The notes: generated from the letters alone by a model not told the origin. A DNA stretch of 64,000 nucleotides from Lytechinus pictus (GCF_037042905.1 NC_087251.1:41790001-41854000), one strand, 5' to 3'; counted from the first letter of the stretch, positions 40,501 through 53,900 are shown. A program made the numbers and translations.

Positions 40501-40527
40501 CACTTCAAATCCTTTCCTTGATGCCAT
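34470..40527 (-). CDS. SLIRP: SLIRP-like single-RRM RNA-binding protein, 4 coding exons (40527-40467, 37457-37399, 36637-36530, 34550-34470), 102 aa
   Basis: Spliced product MASRKGFEVFVSKLPWTVGVQEMRTYFSQFGPVRNCRIAFDDSTGFSKGFGFVSFSNTSGIQSALNKDQHILDGQKVNVQAKQSSSPAVKKLQISDVMENGH*. RNP2 VFVSKLPWT and RNP1 KGFGFVSF are present. The PWT, F-D-x-x-TGF and H-I-x-DG motifs are typical of SLIRP. All introns are GT-AG with consistent phases (1,0,0). Confidence 0.88.
36530..36637 (-). CDS. SLIRP: SLIRP-like exon 3
   Basis: DDSTGFSKGFGFVSFSNTSGIQSALNKDQHILDGQK; TAG acceptor and GTATGT donor. Confidence 0.9.
36760..36960 (-). mobile_element. SINE fragment (minus orientation) in SLIRP-like intron 2
   Basis: Core TTCCTGCCGGTACCCATT...TGAGTGCAGTACAATGTG is the reverse complement of the core in 36980-37183. 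Confidence 0.65.
36980..37183 (+). mobile_element. SINE fragment (plus orientation) with (ATT)n tail
   Basis: CACATTGTGCTGCACTCGACCCAGGTG..AATGGGTACCCGGTAGGAA core; CCGGGGTAATAAT..AAAGCGC..GCTATATAAA..(ATT)n tail, which is shared with 48575-48755. Confidence 0.7.
37399..37457 (-). CDS. SLIRP: SLIRP-like exon 2
   Basis: TTTCCTACAG acceptor; (Q)EMRTYFSQFGPVRNCRIAF; donor GTAAGT. Confidence 0.9.
38800..39510. repeat. (TTTC/TTCC)n low-complexity tract in SLIRP-like intron 1
   Basis: About 700 bp, pyrimidine-rich on +. Confidence 0.95.
40467..40527 (-). CDS. SLIRP: SLIRP-like exon 1
   Basis: ATG at 40527; MASRKGFEVFVSKLPWTVGV; donor GTAAGT. Confidence 0.88.
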
Positions 40528-40637
40528 TTCGGGGATTTTGTAGTCGAATTATCGTTAGAGAAGCGTGTTCGCAGAATTCTGAAATTGCACGAAATTATGG
40601 TGTTAGCCCTAAGGCGAATAAAAAAGGAAAAATTAAT

Positions 40638-41948
40638 GTGGGCATGAGATACAACAACACGCTCAGCTCAGCAAGTTCACTGAATGTGTTCAAAGTAAGG
40701 GCCTGTTGAACGAGAAAATGTTTTGATCAGTTATCTTGTATGATGTATTTGAAAATGGAGTTCTTAAGTCAATTCGTATAAATCTACAATGTTTCTTTTT
40801 AAAGGACAAGTCCACCCCAACAAGAAGTTGATTTGAATAAAAAGAGAAAAATCCAACAAGCATAACACTGAAAATTTCACTAAAATCAGATGTAAAATAA
40901 AAATTTGTGACATTTTAAAGTTTTGCTTACTTAAAAAAAAAGTTATATGCACATGCTGGTCGGTATGCAAATGAGGAGACTGATGACGTCATCCACTCAC
41001 TATTTTTTTTTTTTTTTATTATATGAAATATTCTAATTTTCTCCTCATTGAGTGAAACAATGATTAATTTGTGGACTTGTGGAACTAGCATTGTTTAATA
41101 CTATATGGTTCAGTCAAGTTGGTCCTTATTTTCAAATATGTAAAAATTAAATATTGTATAATTCAAACAATAAAAAACAAAAGAAATAGTGAGTGATGGA
41201 CATCATCGACTGTCTCATTTGCATGTCACTAAATTGTGCATATCACTGTTTTGAGAAAAATAGACGAAATTTTAAAGTGTCATAACTTTCCTATTTTACA
41301 TCTGATTTTGATGAAATTTTGTGTTATGCTAGTTTGATTTTCCTCTATTTACAAAAATCAACATTTTTCTGGGGTGGACTTGACCTTTAAACATTGGGGT
41401 TACCATGGTAATAATATCTATCTTTTCCATCTTGGCTAATTGAATAGTAAAAATGATCTCCCAGCAGTTTTCTGTTCTCTGATATATTTATTAATTTATT
41501 CACACACAAACAGTTCACACAAACAGGTTCACAAGATCAGAGATAAAATTACTGTTTTGCATCTTGGTCCTGGTGAAAAAACCTGAAGCGGGGGTTGCAA
41601 ATGACAATATCCAAGCACCACTTACCGACTTTAGGCGTGTATAAAAATCTGAGTAGAAATCCTCCGATATGTATAAAAAATGTTCCAATTATTGCACGAT
41701 CCCAATATTTGACACAAAATATACACAAAATTACACAGATATTAAAATATTGCCTTTTTTGCATGTTCCCAGACAGCCAATTTCATGAATCATGTTAATT
41801 TTGAAAAAGATTTCCATTTGAGTGAGCACCATATACTTTGTGAAAAATGACTCGCGAAAAAATTGGAGTTACAAGTAATAATATTTAACATTATTTGTAT
41901 TGCGCTTATCACAAAACATGTCTCTAAGCGCTTCGGAAAAAAAAGTGT
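40638..41948 (+). repeat. Local direct duplication, copy A (copy B = 45110-46210 plus 48383-48574)
   Basis: Near-identical unique-looking sequence plus a MITE, from GTGGGCATG.GATACAAC..GCTCAGCTCAGCAAG to CTAAGCGCTTC.GAAAAAAAGTGT. Confidence 0.9.
40799..41390. mobile_element. MITE family A copy
   Basis: TTAAAGGACAAGTCCACCCC ... GGGGTGGACTTGACCTTTAA. Confidence 0.9.
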
Positions 41949-42000
41949 ATATGGATGGAATGGGTGTGAATCATGAAGAGCACATGCCCTGTAGCTATTT

Positions 42001-42725
42001 TAACTAGGCCGGGGTATTTTGGGAGTTCATATGGCCGGGGGGGGGGCTCATAGGCCCCCCTTGAGATCTCAGCCGTCGACCGCGCCGAAAATTGGCAGGC
42101 GGGTTGTCTTAGACATAATCTACATAACTGTATAGTAATTTATTTCATGCGAATCGCTATTAAGTGATTATGCTAATTTATGCATAGTAAGTATGCAAAA
42201 TCATACTTTTTCCTTTAACTCTCTAAATAAAGCTCCAAATGTTCTAATTTTTGCTATAGAAACTCTTTGTGGTGTTATGAGCAAGTGTACATGAACAAAA
42301 TTGCGATATCATATCGTTTTCTTATGTATTATATTTTTTTTGCAATTTCATATGTATTTCTTAGTTTTTTTGACCTTTTGTTTTTTTCAATGAAATTTGT
42401 TGGGGACTCTTCTGAGATCATAAAAAGCATAAAATAAATACATTTAGACCAGAAAAACTAAAAATAATAATACATTTATGATTTTTGGTTGAAAACACAA
42501 TTTGCATTGACTTTGTAGACAAAATCACGTTTTTGAGCAAATTTTGGTCTAACATGCACTTACATAATGTTGCGTAATTTCGGAACCACGTACCCGGGTG
42601 ACGCAAAATTGGTCTTAAATATTGCGCAAGACTTGAAAGCAAAAAGTCAGCGAGCGGCGCAGTCAAAAAATTTCGCGCGGCAAAAATATTGCGCGAATCG
42701 TTGAGGTCCCTGCCTAGATAGGGTT
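42001..42725. mobile_element. Degraded piggyBac-like MITE related to 43546-44371
   Basis: Shares TAACTAGGCC, GATCTCRGCCGTCGA, TTATGCTAATTTATGCAT and TTGCGC.AGACTT..AAG.AAAAAGTCAG blocks; ends CCTAGATAGGGTT. Confidence 0.65.
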
Positions 42726-43545
42726 TTAAATATTCTTTCCTTTCCAACTTTTCTCCTTGCCAAACACAATCCCTCAAGCAGTACTACTCCCCCAACACAC
42801 ACCTAGACCATCATGAATTCATGATATATGGTTTTCATGTAGCCGTGAACTATGTAAGCGTATAAGTGCAACCCATGTGTACAGATAATAATCTCTAAAC
42901 ATGCCATCATCCTTTAGACAACACAATATCTCTGATCTCGCGTCATTTCTTCATCTTAAAATGTTTTTTCAGCCATCAGAATTCATACTGTTTTGACAAT
43001 TTTTGTAGCAATTACAAATTTGGCATTGGTAATGTTTTTATTTCAATTTCAATAACCCTTTCAGCATTTACTCGGGGCATTCACTTTACAAATTCAGCCA
43101 TGAGTGTCCTATTCCTGGTCGAATTTCTTTCAATTTTATTTTTCTCCTTTTACTTACTGTGGTTGATTCCATCTCAACTGAAAGTAGATCTATTTTTTAC
43201 TTTCCTGGTCAAAAATATTTTTAAAAATGAATGGTGGAGTAAAATAAAAATTACACCTCAATTTTTTTTAACTAAATGAAAAAAATTTCATAAACAAACA
43301 AGTATTACAAATATCCCAAAAAGACTACCCCCCAAATTTAAAACCATTTATCAATTATATATTTTTATACTTGGATAATCAGGTTTCTTACTTTGAAATA
43401 AAATATGTTTTTGTGTATAAGGCATGAATATAATGAATGAATCCAGATATCAATGAAGTCACAATCTTAAAGAGTTGCAGCAAAATTCATTGCAAATACC
43501 TTGTTTAATAAACACTTTTTAAAATTGACTCCCATGTTAATTTAA

Positions 43546-44371
43546 CCCCAACTAGGCCAGGCCACTTTGGTAGTTTATAAGTCCAGGGAGGAGAGGGGCC
43601 TCCCAGCCCCCCATCCTTTGTGATCTCGGCCGTCGATCGGCCGATCGTGCTGTAAATTGGCACGCATATGCTGTCCATGGCATAATCTATAAAACTGCAG
43701 AGTTGATATATCAAAAAGTTGTATAGTTCTATTAATTATGCTAATTTATGCATAATATAAAAATTCTGCTCTAAATCAAGAAATAAAAGGCCAAATATCA
43801 CAATTTGGGCTCCAGACCCTCTTTGTAGGCTACTTTGTGAATCTAATATGAAAACATACGATGAACCAAGTTTAATCCAGTTAGAAATCATTGCAAGAAA
43901 TCAGACGGGTTACCCTCAATGAGTGCCAAGTCTCAGCAAGGGTCATGCCTTTCAGCTGGTTAAACTTGATGATAGCTTAATACCGTACTCAGGTTTGTCC
44001 ATTTTTCATCACACACCTTTATAGGAACTTCTAAAATATGACTAGATATCGCTATGACCACGACATTGGGTTGGTAGGATTAAGTATTGTGTAAAATGTT
44101 AATGGCCCAAATTTGATCTTCATATGTTCTTAATCTATCTATGCTAGGCTCAAAACTTTTCAGTCGCCCCTTGTACATGACATCCGTTTTTGAGCAACTT
44201 TGGGTCTGCTGTGCATATGTAAATTTGGAACTTTCAGACTTCGTATCTGGGTGTAGCAAATTTGGTGTCAAAAGTTGCGCGAGACTTCAAAGAAAAAAGT
44301 CAGGGCAAAATCTCTGCGCAATTTGGACTTACCAGGTGAAAAGCCGAAGGGGGGCAGGGCCCTAGTTAGGG
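43546..44371. mobile_element. piggyBac-like MITE
   Basis: TTAA|CCCCAACTAGG ... CCTAGTTAGGG|TTAA. A related, more degraded copy lies at about 42001-42725. Confidence 0.75.
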
Positions 44372-45267
44372 TTAATTGAAAAGGTATTTTGCAATGATGT
44401 TCAGGGAAGCTCATGAAGCATTATGATTTCATTCATTGCAGTCATGCCTTACTTTGACAAATATGAAATTCACCTCCTTATTATCCAAGCAGTAATACTA
44501 ATAAGATTTTTTTTGGGGGGAGAATATATTTTTAAAGACATATATAGTTCTGTGTGTTCATAATATTTTTTCATTGAAATTAGCAATATTTTGAGATGTA
44601 AAGTTTTTTTTCTGAATTACTTGGTATAAAAAATAAGAACAGCCAAGCTCTGTGTTGTCAAATGTTAAAACAAATGTTAAACTTTTAATTGATACAGTTG
44701 CCATGGTATCGAAGCAACAGATAGCTTCAATATATTCACCACATCAAGGTCCTAATAAAGCTCTATGGAGCAAGCAAGGACAATTCATCATTTTATTTCA
44801 TATTCATAGAATCATCAAGATCCTTTATAATACATATTACACATTCTCATTCTTTCTTTTGAATCACCCCAAAACACATCCCAAAATTCCTCCTTTACAG
44901 TTTAGCTGCAATGAAAACATTCATGGAAGTTGATGCAAATGAAGGGAGTGGATATTTGGCTCATCACTTCGAGACATACCCTAGCACCCAGTTGGAAGAT
45001 AACCTTTCAACTTCCATGTACAGTACATGTCTATGTTTGTTCTTAAATGATTATTACTCAGACAGCGTATGGGATTGAACAATGCATGAATGATCGGTCT
45101 CTGCAGTACGTGGGCATGGGATACAACATGCTCAGCTCAGCAAGTTCACTGAATGTGTTCAAAGTAAGGGCCTGTTGAACGAGAAAATATTTTGATCAGT
45201 TATCTTGTATGATGTATTTGAAAAAAGAGTTCTTAAGTCAATTCGTATCAATCTACAATGTTTCTCT

Positions 45268-45865
45268 TTAAAGGACAAGTCCACCCCAACAAGAAGTTGA
45301 TTTGAATAAAAAGAGAAAAATCCAACAAGCATAACACTAAAAATTTTACTAAAATCGGATGTAAAATAAAAATTTATGACATTTTAAAGTTTTGCTTAAT
45401 TAAAAAAAACCAGTTATATGCACATGCTGGTCGGTATGCAAATTAGGAGACTGATGACGTCATCCACTCACTATTTTTTATATTTTATTATATGAAATAT
45501 TCTAATTTTCTCCTCATTGAGTGAAACAATGATTAATTCCTCACTGAACTTGTGGAACTAGCATTGTTTAATACTATATGGTTCAGTCAAGTTGGTCCTT
45601 ATTGTCAAATATGCAAAAATTAAATATTGTATAATTCAAACAATAAAAAACAAAAGAAATAGTGAGCGATGGACATTATCGACTGTCTCATTTGCATGTC
45701 ACTGAATTGTGCATATCACTGTTTTGAGAAAAATAAGCGAAATTTTAAAGTGTCATAACTTTCCTATTTTACATCTGATTTTGATGAAATTTTCAGTGTT
45801 ATGCTAGTTTAATTTTTCTCTATTTATAAAAATCAACATTTATCTGGGGTGGACTTGACCTTTAA
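45268..45865. mobile_element. MITE family A copy (inside the local duplication)
   Basis: Same TIRs and same flanks as 40799-41390. Confidence 0.9.
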
Positions 45866-46399
45866 ACATTGGGGTTACCATGGTAACAATATCTATCTTT
45901 TCCATCTTGGCTAATTGCATAGTAAAAATGATCTCCCAGCATTTTTCTGTTCTCTGATATATTTATTCACATACAAACAGTTCACACAAACAGGTTCACA
46001 AGATCAGAGATAAAATTACTGTTTTGTATCTTGGTCCTGGTAAAAAAAACCTGAAGCGGGGGTTGCAAATGATAATATCCAAGCACCACTTACCGACTTT
46101 AGGCGTGTAGAAAAATCTGAGTAGAAATCCTCCGATATATATAAAAAATGTTCCAATTATTGTACAATCCCAATATTCGACACAATACACACAAAATCAC
46201 ACAGATATTATAACAAATCTAACTTGGCTAGCACAAGCGGTATTTTTTATTTTTCTCTTGCATGGTGAAATAAAGGAGAAAAAGGGACGACATTTGGATC
46301 CCTAAGTCTCGCCTTCACATCTGGTGGGCGAGACAAAAATGGCAATGGGCTAGTTCATGGTTTTTCATGAAAAAAAAAAATTTCTTCTTTTGTCCATCT

Positions 46400-48090
46400 T
46401 AACTTATTTTTTTCACATAAAAATCCTCTTCACCTTGCTAATATAATCAACTCTGAACTAGAAAATGTTACCGAATGGATAAGAGCAAATAAATTGTCAC
46501 TAAATCTTCAAAAAACAAAATATATGTTGTTTAGCAACTCCATAAATACACTTCCTGTTGATATTATTTTGGATGGAACTACCTTGGAAAATGTATCCCA
46601 TATTAAGTTTCTTGGAATAACAGTCGATAATAAGCTCTCATGGAAATTTCACATAGATAACATATGTAAAACTATTTCACGCAACATTGGTATAATTAAC
46701 AAGCTTAAATTTTGTTTACCATTATCGTCCCTGCTTACATTATATTCATCCCTTATATTGCCTTATTTAAATTATGGAATTTTAGCGTGGGGTAACACAC
46801 AACAAACACTCTTAGACAAATTACTCCTATTACAAAAGAAGTCTCTACGTATTATATGTCACACGGCATATTTGTCTCATACTGACCCATTATTTTTTGA
46901 ACATAGAATATTGAAAATTAAGGACTTATTTTTGTTTAATCTCGGTCAATTTATGTATAACTATAACAACAACAACCTCCCAAATGTATTCAATTCAATG
47001 TTTCCAAAAAATCAATCCATTCACAACTATCCAACAAGGCGATTGGGTGAATTTCATTTACCACTTTTAAGAACTTTGCGGGCTCAGAACACATTTATAT
47101 ACGATGGACCGAAGTTATGGAACTCACTTCATAATGATATAACAAATGCAAAATCTTTGAACTCTTTTAAGACTAAATTCAAATTATCTCTATTAAAACC
47201 TTATAATATACTCCCAAATTAATTTTAATTCATCATTTCTGTCAAGTCATCATCATTATTATGTCAAGTCATCATCATTATTACTTTAAACTAAAATTAA
47301 AACATAAAATTATTATCCCTTTTTTATTAAAAAAATCTGACACAAGTCCTTCTCAGATGTGCTCATTATTGTGTCTATCCTCTCCTCTATTTTCTCCTGT
47401 CCAGTCCGCTTATCCGCCTTCCTACCGGTTATTTGTTTAACGGCATCAATCACATTTTTCGTGCATTATATTCTTTCCAGGTTATTTTATATATTTTTTC
47501 TCCTCTTATACACATCATTGAATCCAGTTTGCTTGAGTCCACGACGGCATGTGTTCTAGCTACGTACAGCAGCACCCATCCATCTTCTCAGGGCATTCTC
47601 CCCCTTTTTCCCTTTTTTTTTTTTTTTTCTTCTCAAGTTTTTCTGGGGGGGGGGGGTGGGAAGGGTAGATATTTTTAGGACGGGTTGTTTTGTCCTTCAC
47701 CAAACTGTATATTTTTTATTACTTTGTATTTATTTTGTGAGTATTTCCCTCTCATTTATTCATTCTTTTCTCATTTGATTATCTGTCTTTATACTTTGTC
47801 ATTTTGTTATTTGTTGTGTTATCTATTTCTTGAGGGGCCCACATTGTACAAGCATTGCTTTTTAGTGGGTCCCTCCATTTCCATCTTAATTTAATTTATA
47901 TTGAAAAATAGTATATATATTTAAAACCTACAATGTGTTGCCCAAATCGTCTAAGTATTTTTTTTTTTTTTTCACTACATATGTATAATTAATTTTGTTT
48001 GCAACGGATACAAATATTTATGTTTTATATATGGTATACAATTTGTTTTTGTTTGATGGAAGTGAAATAAATGAATTTGAATTTGAAATC
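46400..48090 (+). mobile_element. 5'-truncated LINE (L2/CR1/Crack group): C-terminal ORF2 plus 3' UTR
   Basis: NSELENVTEWIRANKLSLNLQKTKYMLF...KFLGITVDNKLSWKFHI...YGILAWG...GPKLWNSL to stop at 47222. A 3' UTR hairpin lies at 47832-47876, followed by AATAAA and a (TTTGAA)n tail near 48065-48088. Confidence 0.9.
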
Positions 48091-48574
48091 TTTATTGTTT
48101 GTCTCCCTCATCACACATTGGGACACTTTTCAGAATTTTTTTTTTTAAAAGATCACTTTTGGGGGAAATATCATGGAGTTCACGATTTTCATAAAAATTG
48201 ATATTTTTCGGGAGGTTCTTTTTTCCTTTTTTTAATCCATTAATGCTCCCTTTTCCAAGGAAACACATCAATAACATATGAGTGTAGTGGTGACTTGGGG
48301 CATTCTTCAGAATTCTTTTTGAAATAAGCACTCCATCAAAAAAAGAAATGACAAGGGCTTAATTCAAGATTTTTTAAATAAAAAATATTACCTGTTTTGC
48401 ATGTTCCCAGACAGTCAATTTCAAGAATCATGTTAATTTTGAAAAAGATTTCCAACTGAGTGAGCACCACATACTTTGTGAAAAAATTGGAGTTACATGT
48501 AATAATAATAATTAACATTATTTGTATAGCGCTTATCACAAAACATGTCTCTAAGCGCTTCAGAAAAAAAGTGT

Positions 48575-48755
48575 GTGCGCCTCACCGGCGACTGACAGGA
48601 ATGCTCCCCAGGGAGTGGAGGATTTGCACACATTGTGTGCGGGAATGACTGATTGAATCCGATGACCGGGGTAATAATATATCTGTAAAGCGCTAAGACA
48701 CGTCGTTCTGATGTATTAAGCGCTATATAAAAGCGGATTATTATCATTATTATTG
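48575..48755 (+). mobile_element. SINE 3' fragment
   Basis: CCGGGGTAATAAT...GTAAAGCGC...TAAGCGCTATATAAAA...(ATT)n, an L2-type tail. Confidence 0.65.
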
Positions 48756-49724
48756 TTAAAGATAAACAGGTTTGGTATCCCTTCAATAGTATTCTCCATG
48801 GAAACAGGTATGATATTAACCTGCTCATAAAGACCACTTTTCTTGTGTGAAGGTGACCTTGCAGACAGGTTTCATTATATATTTCATGTCATATATATAT
48901 ATGAAATATTTTCTCTATGTATTCTCTGGTTGACTGCACTTCCTACAATATCCTGGGTTTATTGCTGGCGTGAATGTTGTAAATAAAATAAAACTTATTG
49001 ATAAATCACAGTAGGTCGTTCTTTCTCTTCTTTTTTTCAGCAAATATGAAACATTTTAATGCAGATGGGGAAAAGGGTTAATGTTTGAATACTCGAGTTA
49101 GAGAATTGAGGGTCGGTGGAAATATCAATAGTGAATTATTGCATCTATAAATTTTTCCATGTTGAATCACTCCTATACCAAGAGTCGTGGGTAGCATGCG
49201 CCATTACTGTGGCTCATGGCTGTACGCAGATATTTTTCGCAGGGGGGGGGGGGGGGGGCAGCACGCATTAACTTTTTAAGTTGATAGCGAGGGAGCGAAG
49301 TAACCGAGCTTGTCATTGAGGCGCTTATGCATTTTGTAAAGTGAAATTAAGAAGGATTCCATGCATACTTTTGGTGAGTTTTGTGAAAATTGTCAGTATA
49401 AAATGTGCAAGTTTTCAAAATTTCTGGGGGGCAACTGCCGCCCCCCCTGCCGCCCCCCCCCCCCCCGCTGCGTAACACATCTTAATATCTCTAAATGACC
49501 TCTGATACATAGACTTGAATATTTCTCAATTATTTTCATAAGACACCATCCACAGATTAAAAAAATTGACAACCAAACTTTTACAATAAAATTGTAATAT
49601 TGTATTTTGATATTTCATAAAATCAAACAATTGAAAATATTGGATACATTATTGATTTCAAGTTTGGTTTTGACCTTTTTGTATTTGTTTTCAATGTATA
49701 TATCAGCTTCGTTCTAAACTGTAA

Positions 49725-50124
49725 GGCCCAGATTCACCAATGTGGTTTTTAAAACCATTGGTTTATGCAGATTTGCTGTATAAATTACACATATTTACCG
49801 TGTATATAAAAAATGTCCATTGCTGATGCGCGCTTTGCCAGTGCGCCATATTGACGCCTGTTGCCATGGTTAAGTACACTATTTTATTTAAGAGCCTAAT
49901 GTTTGAAGAGTGGACTCATGAATTCAAAACAGTGGACTCGTGAATAAAATAGCGTGGATATCTACGGCAACAGGCGTCAATTTGGCGCACTGTGATAAAA
50001 GCGCACATCAAGTATTGGACATATTTTTAATATTCGTGATTAATAAGTGTAATTTAGACAGAAATCCTGCTTTAACCATGGATTCAACCGATGGTTTTAA
50101 AAACCACCTTTGTGAATTCGGGCC
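49725..50124. mobile_element. GGCCC-terminated palindromic MITE (Harbinger-like)
   Basis: GGCCCAGATTCACCAATGTGGTTTTTAAAACCAT ... ATGGTTTTAAAAACCACCTTTGTGAATTCGGGCC; long arms. Confidence 0.8.
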
Positions 50125-50786
50125 AAAATGAATTAGGTCTTGAGATGATGAATCTCATTTGGTTTTGAGCTATAAATGTGATTTTGATTCATTCAGATGA
50201 GGTGTTAGAGCTAGGGAAGGTATTGTGCTTCCAACAGTAACACAAAAACTCCAACATCAAACTTGACTGATTCTTTTCAGGTAAATCTGATTTTCTTAGG
50301 CTCATCTGAGTCAGTGGTGAAATCACCACACTACTTTTCATCCATAAATTTGAACATTCAAATTTCATTTGAACAAATTCAAGTTTTATTTGAACAAATG
50401 AAACAATACTAATTATTTTGACAGGCCAGCATCCAAATAGTACAAAATAAAAAGACCATTCAGAATTTCAAGTTACATTGTAAATTTGTGTTTGAATATT
50501 CCATATATTTACAACATTCCTGCATAATCTTCACAATTCTGGGATATACTGTACATGTGAATCTACTTAATTCAAAGCGCTTGAAACCACAGAAATCCAT
50601 TAGACATTAGCAAAATTCAAATTAGAGTAGATATCACATTTTTACATATTCTGGTATGAAAATGTACTCCAATTTGAGTGATTATTTGACTTATGCAGAC
50701 TTTATTTTAGTGTAATAATTGACGCTCTAAAGCTTTCATGAAATACTGGTACAATGAGCTAATTAACTAAAAGAAAAAAAAACAAT

Positions 50787-50993
50787 TTATGGTAAATGCA
50801 TCTTAGCCAAGAAGGGAGAAGTATATGATCCTAGGTATAAGGCATTTCCGGTATCAAGGACCTCACTGATGTAAGGAACTACAGCACCGGTAGGATCATC
50901 TAACCTTTGTATGATGTGACCATCCTCTGCAAACTCCATGATCAGACCATAAGGCTTGGTGGTAGAATGAATAATGAAATCAGGGCTCAAAAA
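50787..50993 (-). CDS. APMAP: APMAP-like terminal exon
   Basis: FLSPDFIIHSTTKPYGLIMEFAEDGHIIQRLDDPTGAVVPYISEVLDTGNALYLGSYTSPFLAKMHLP*. Confidence 0.88.
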   Translation of the reverse strand, partial: FLSPDFIIHSTTKPYGLIMEFAEDGHIIQRLDDPTGAVVPYISEVLDTGNALYLGSYTSPFLAKMHLP

Positions 50994-53900
50994 CTAGGAT
51001 AAACAGAGAGATAGCAGAAATTATTAATATCAATAGAAGTAAATCAATTTTTAAATTCTATAAAGTATATATGTCCACCCCCCTATATGTGGGAGCTTCC
51101 TAAAGGGATCTATCTGTTTTCTAGTTCGTTTATAATTGTTTCTCACTTTATACACTTGGTCAGACTAAAAAATAATGACTTTATAGATCTACCCATGTTA
51201 CATATTCATCATTTATGGCCAGGAAAATAAGTTTGAGAATCATTTCAACTATCACTATCTACAGCTTACACTTTTTCTCTATATTCAAATATAATCATTT
51301 TCATGAGAAGCATTGAAAAAAAAATGGTTCCTTATTATTCCAAATATTTTGATGCATTTTAATAAACATCAATGCCCGAGTATGCTTGCTATGACACCGA
51401 TATTACCTTAATAAGGAGCTTTCTAAGCCATGGTCTTTGAGCAAAGACATCATAGAGACATCGTCGCCTTATGGTAGGAAAGGCTACCCCAAAACCCCCA
51501 TCCGAACTTGGACGAATATTATCTGCAAAGCCCGGTAGATTATCAGCAAATAGTTCCATTTCTCCTTGACGAGGACCAGTTAGGAAGTACCTGTAAATTG
51601 AAATAAATTCAATCAATTTGTATTACCTAACCTTGAACTACAATGTAAGAGAATCCTATTCAAACCTTACTCTGATAAGAATATTGAATACATCATCTGA
51701 TGAAGTAAGCTAACCATACATATGTCGATAAAGATGTAGATGAGTTCATTTCTTTTCAACCCATGCATGTGCTGCATGAAGTAGTTTGAGTTACAGTTTA
51801 AAGGTCAAGTACACCCCCAGAAAAATGTTGATGTGAATAAATGGAGAAAAATCAAACTAGCAAAACGCTGAAAATTTCATCAAAATCGGATGTAAAATAA
51901 GAAAGTTATGACACTTTAAAATTTTGCTGATTTTTCACAAAACAGTGAATATGCACAACTCAAATGAGGTCGATGATGTCCCTCACAATTTCTTTTGTTT
52001 ATTATTGTTTGAATTACACAATATTTCATTGTTTATAGATTTGACAATAAGTACTTACTTGACTGAATCATATAGTATTAAACAATGCTCATTCCACATG
52101 TTCAGGGAGGAATTAATCGTTGTTTTACTTGACAATGAGGAGAAAAATAAAATATTCCCTATTTCATATAATAAAATACAAAAGAAATAGTGAGTGGATG
52201 ACGTCATTAGTCTCCTCATTTGCATAAGCACCAGGATGTGCATATAACTGTTTTGTGAAATTAAGCAAAACTTTAAAATGTCATAACTTTCTTATTTTAC
52301 ATCCGACTTCCATGAAATTTTCCGTGTTTTGCTTGTTGGATTTTCTCTTTTTATTCAAATCAACTTTTTGTTGGGGTCTTTAAATTCTTTCTCTCCTCCA
52401 TTCCCCCTTCTGTCTCCTCTCTCTCACCATTCTCTCTTTCTGTCTCCCCCCCCCCTCTCTCCCTCCCTCCTCCATCTATCCTGTCACTGACATTTCTATT
52501 ACCTTTATTATAACAACTTACCGATGTTTTCTCATTCTTCCTCCTTCAGCCACCAATAAGAAACTTTCATCCTTTGATAGTTGTACTCCATTAGCCAACG
52601 CTAAACCATCGATAAGAATAGAAACTTCCCCGGATGACGGGTTGTACTGAAGTAGTCTGAAATATGTCAAGAGTATCATGGGAACAGTAAAAACACAAAT
52701 GGTCCGTAGCTGAAGTCTGGTTTAATTTAAACTCGGGTTTAAAGTTGTGGTTTAATCCCGGGTTTAATTAAGTATGGATAGTCAATAGTGTCATATATCT
52801 ATAACAGTATTATTTCAATGTATCAGCTCATTTTTCTTTCAAATCATTAGCTGTTTCGGAAGGATAAGAAAGATAGCTATCTTCACCATGACGAGTTAGA
52901 AAAGAGCACAATGATCATAAGAAATATACAATGTAAGTAAAAATTTTGACATTTTTTGGCTTTCCATAATTTTAGCACAGAGTTAGACCTTGGTCTAAGT
53001 TAAACCTGACTTCAGAATACGGGCCTATTTGTTATAATACACCACATATATTAAATATTGTACTTATTCTTTATAGAGTATATACATGTATCTAGTACAC
53101 ACCAAGAATCCCCCTTCCACCAGGTGGGTGTTTCATAAAGCTGTTCGTAAGTTAAAAGCGACTTTAAGAACGACTGGTGATCTTTTCTTGTGGTAAATGG
53201 TATATTCATTGGCGATGGTTTAGCGCATAAGAAATGATCACCAGTCGTTCTTAAAGTCGCTCTTAACTTACGAACAGCTTTATGAAACGGCCCCCCGGAT
53301 ATTTCTACAAGTATCATTTTCTACATATAACGGGAATTATTAAAATAAGGAGGGGATAGAAAGAGAGAGGTAATAAACTGGGAAGGGGAAAAATCTAAGA
53401 ATGTTTTTTTCAACATTGCTTTTCATTATTAAAGTAATTAAACAGCAACACGATGAATAATAGAAAGAATGACAAGAATAATAACCTTGAATCATTATTT
53501 CCTTCCATCGCAAGAGAGAGATGTTGAAATCTATGCCATCTCGTGCTACTATGCGTGAAATAGATGATGCTATCAGAGCCAACAGTCAGGTCATTGAAAA
53601 ATAGAATAGGCTTGTCATCCACTGTTGTATCTCTTGCTACTAAATTGGTACTCTCACCTGAAAGGATTGGGTGAGATGGTTAGTCAGTACTGAGATCAAA
53701 CCTGCAGTGTTGGTGATGGTGTGGTAACGAGGTGGACATTCTTCAATTACTAGTATGTAATTAAACAAGATAATTATGTTACATCTGTAACAGTATACCA
53801 ACAATGTAATTAGGGTTAGAAGTGATATGAATGGAGAACAAGAGAGGAGAGAGTGTTAAACTGAATTGAATTGAAAAGGTTTTATTCAGATTGTACTTTG

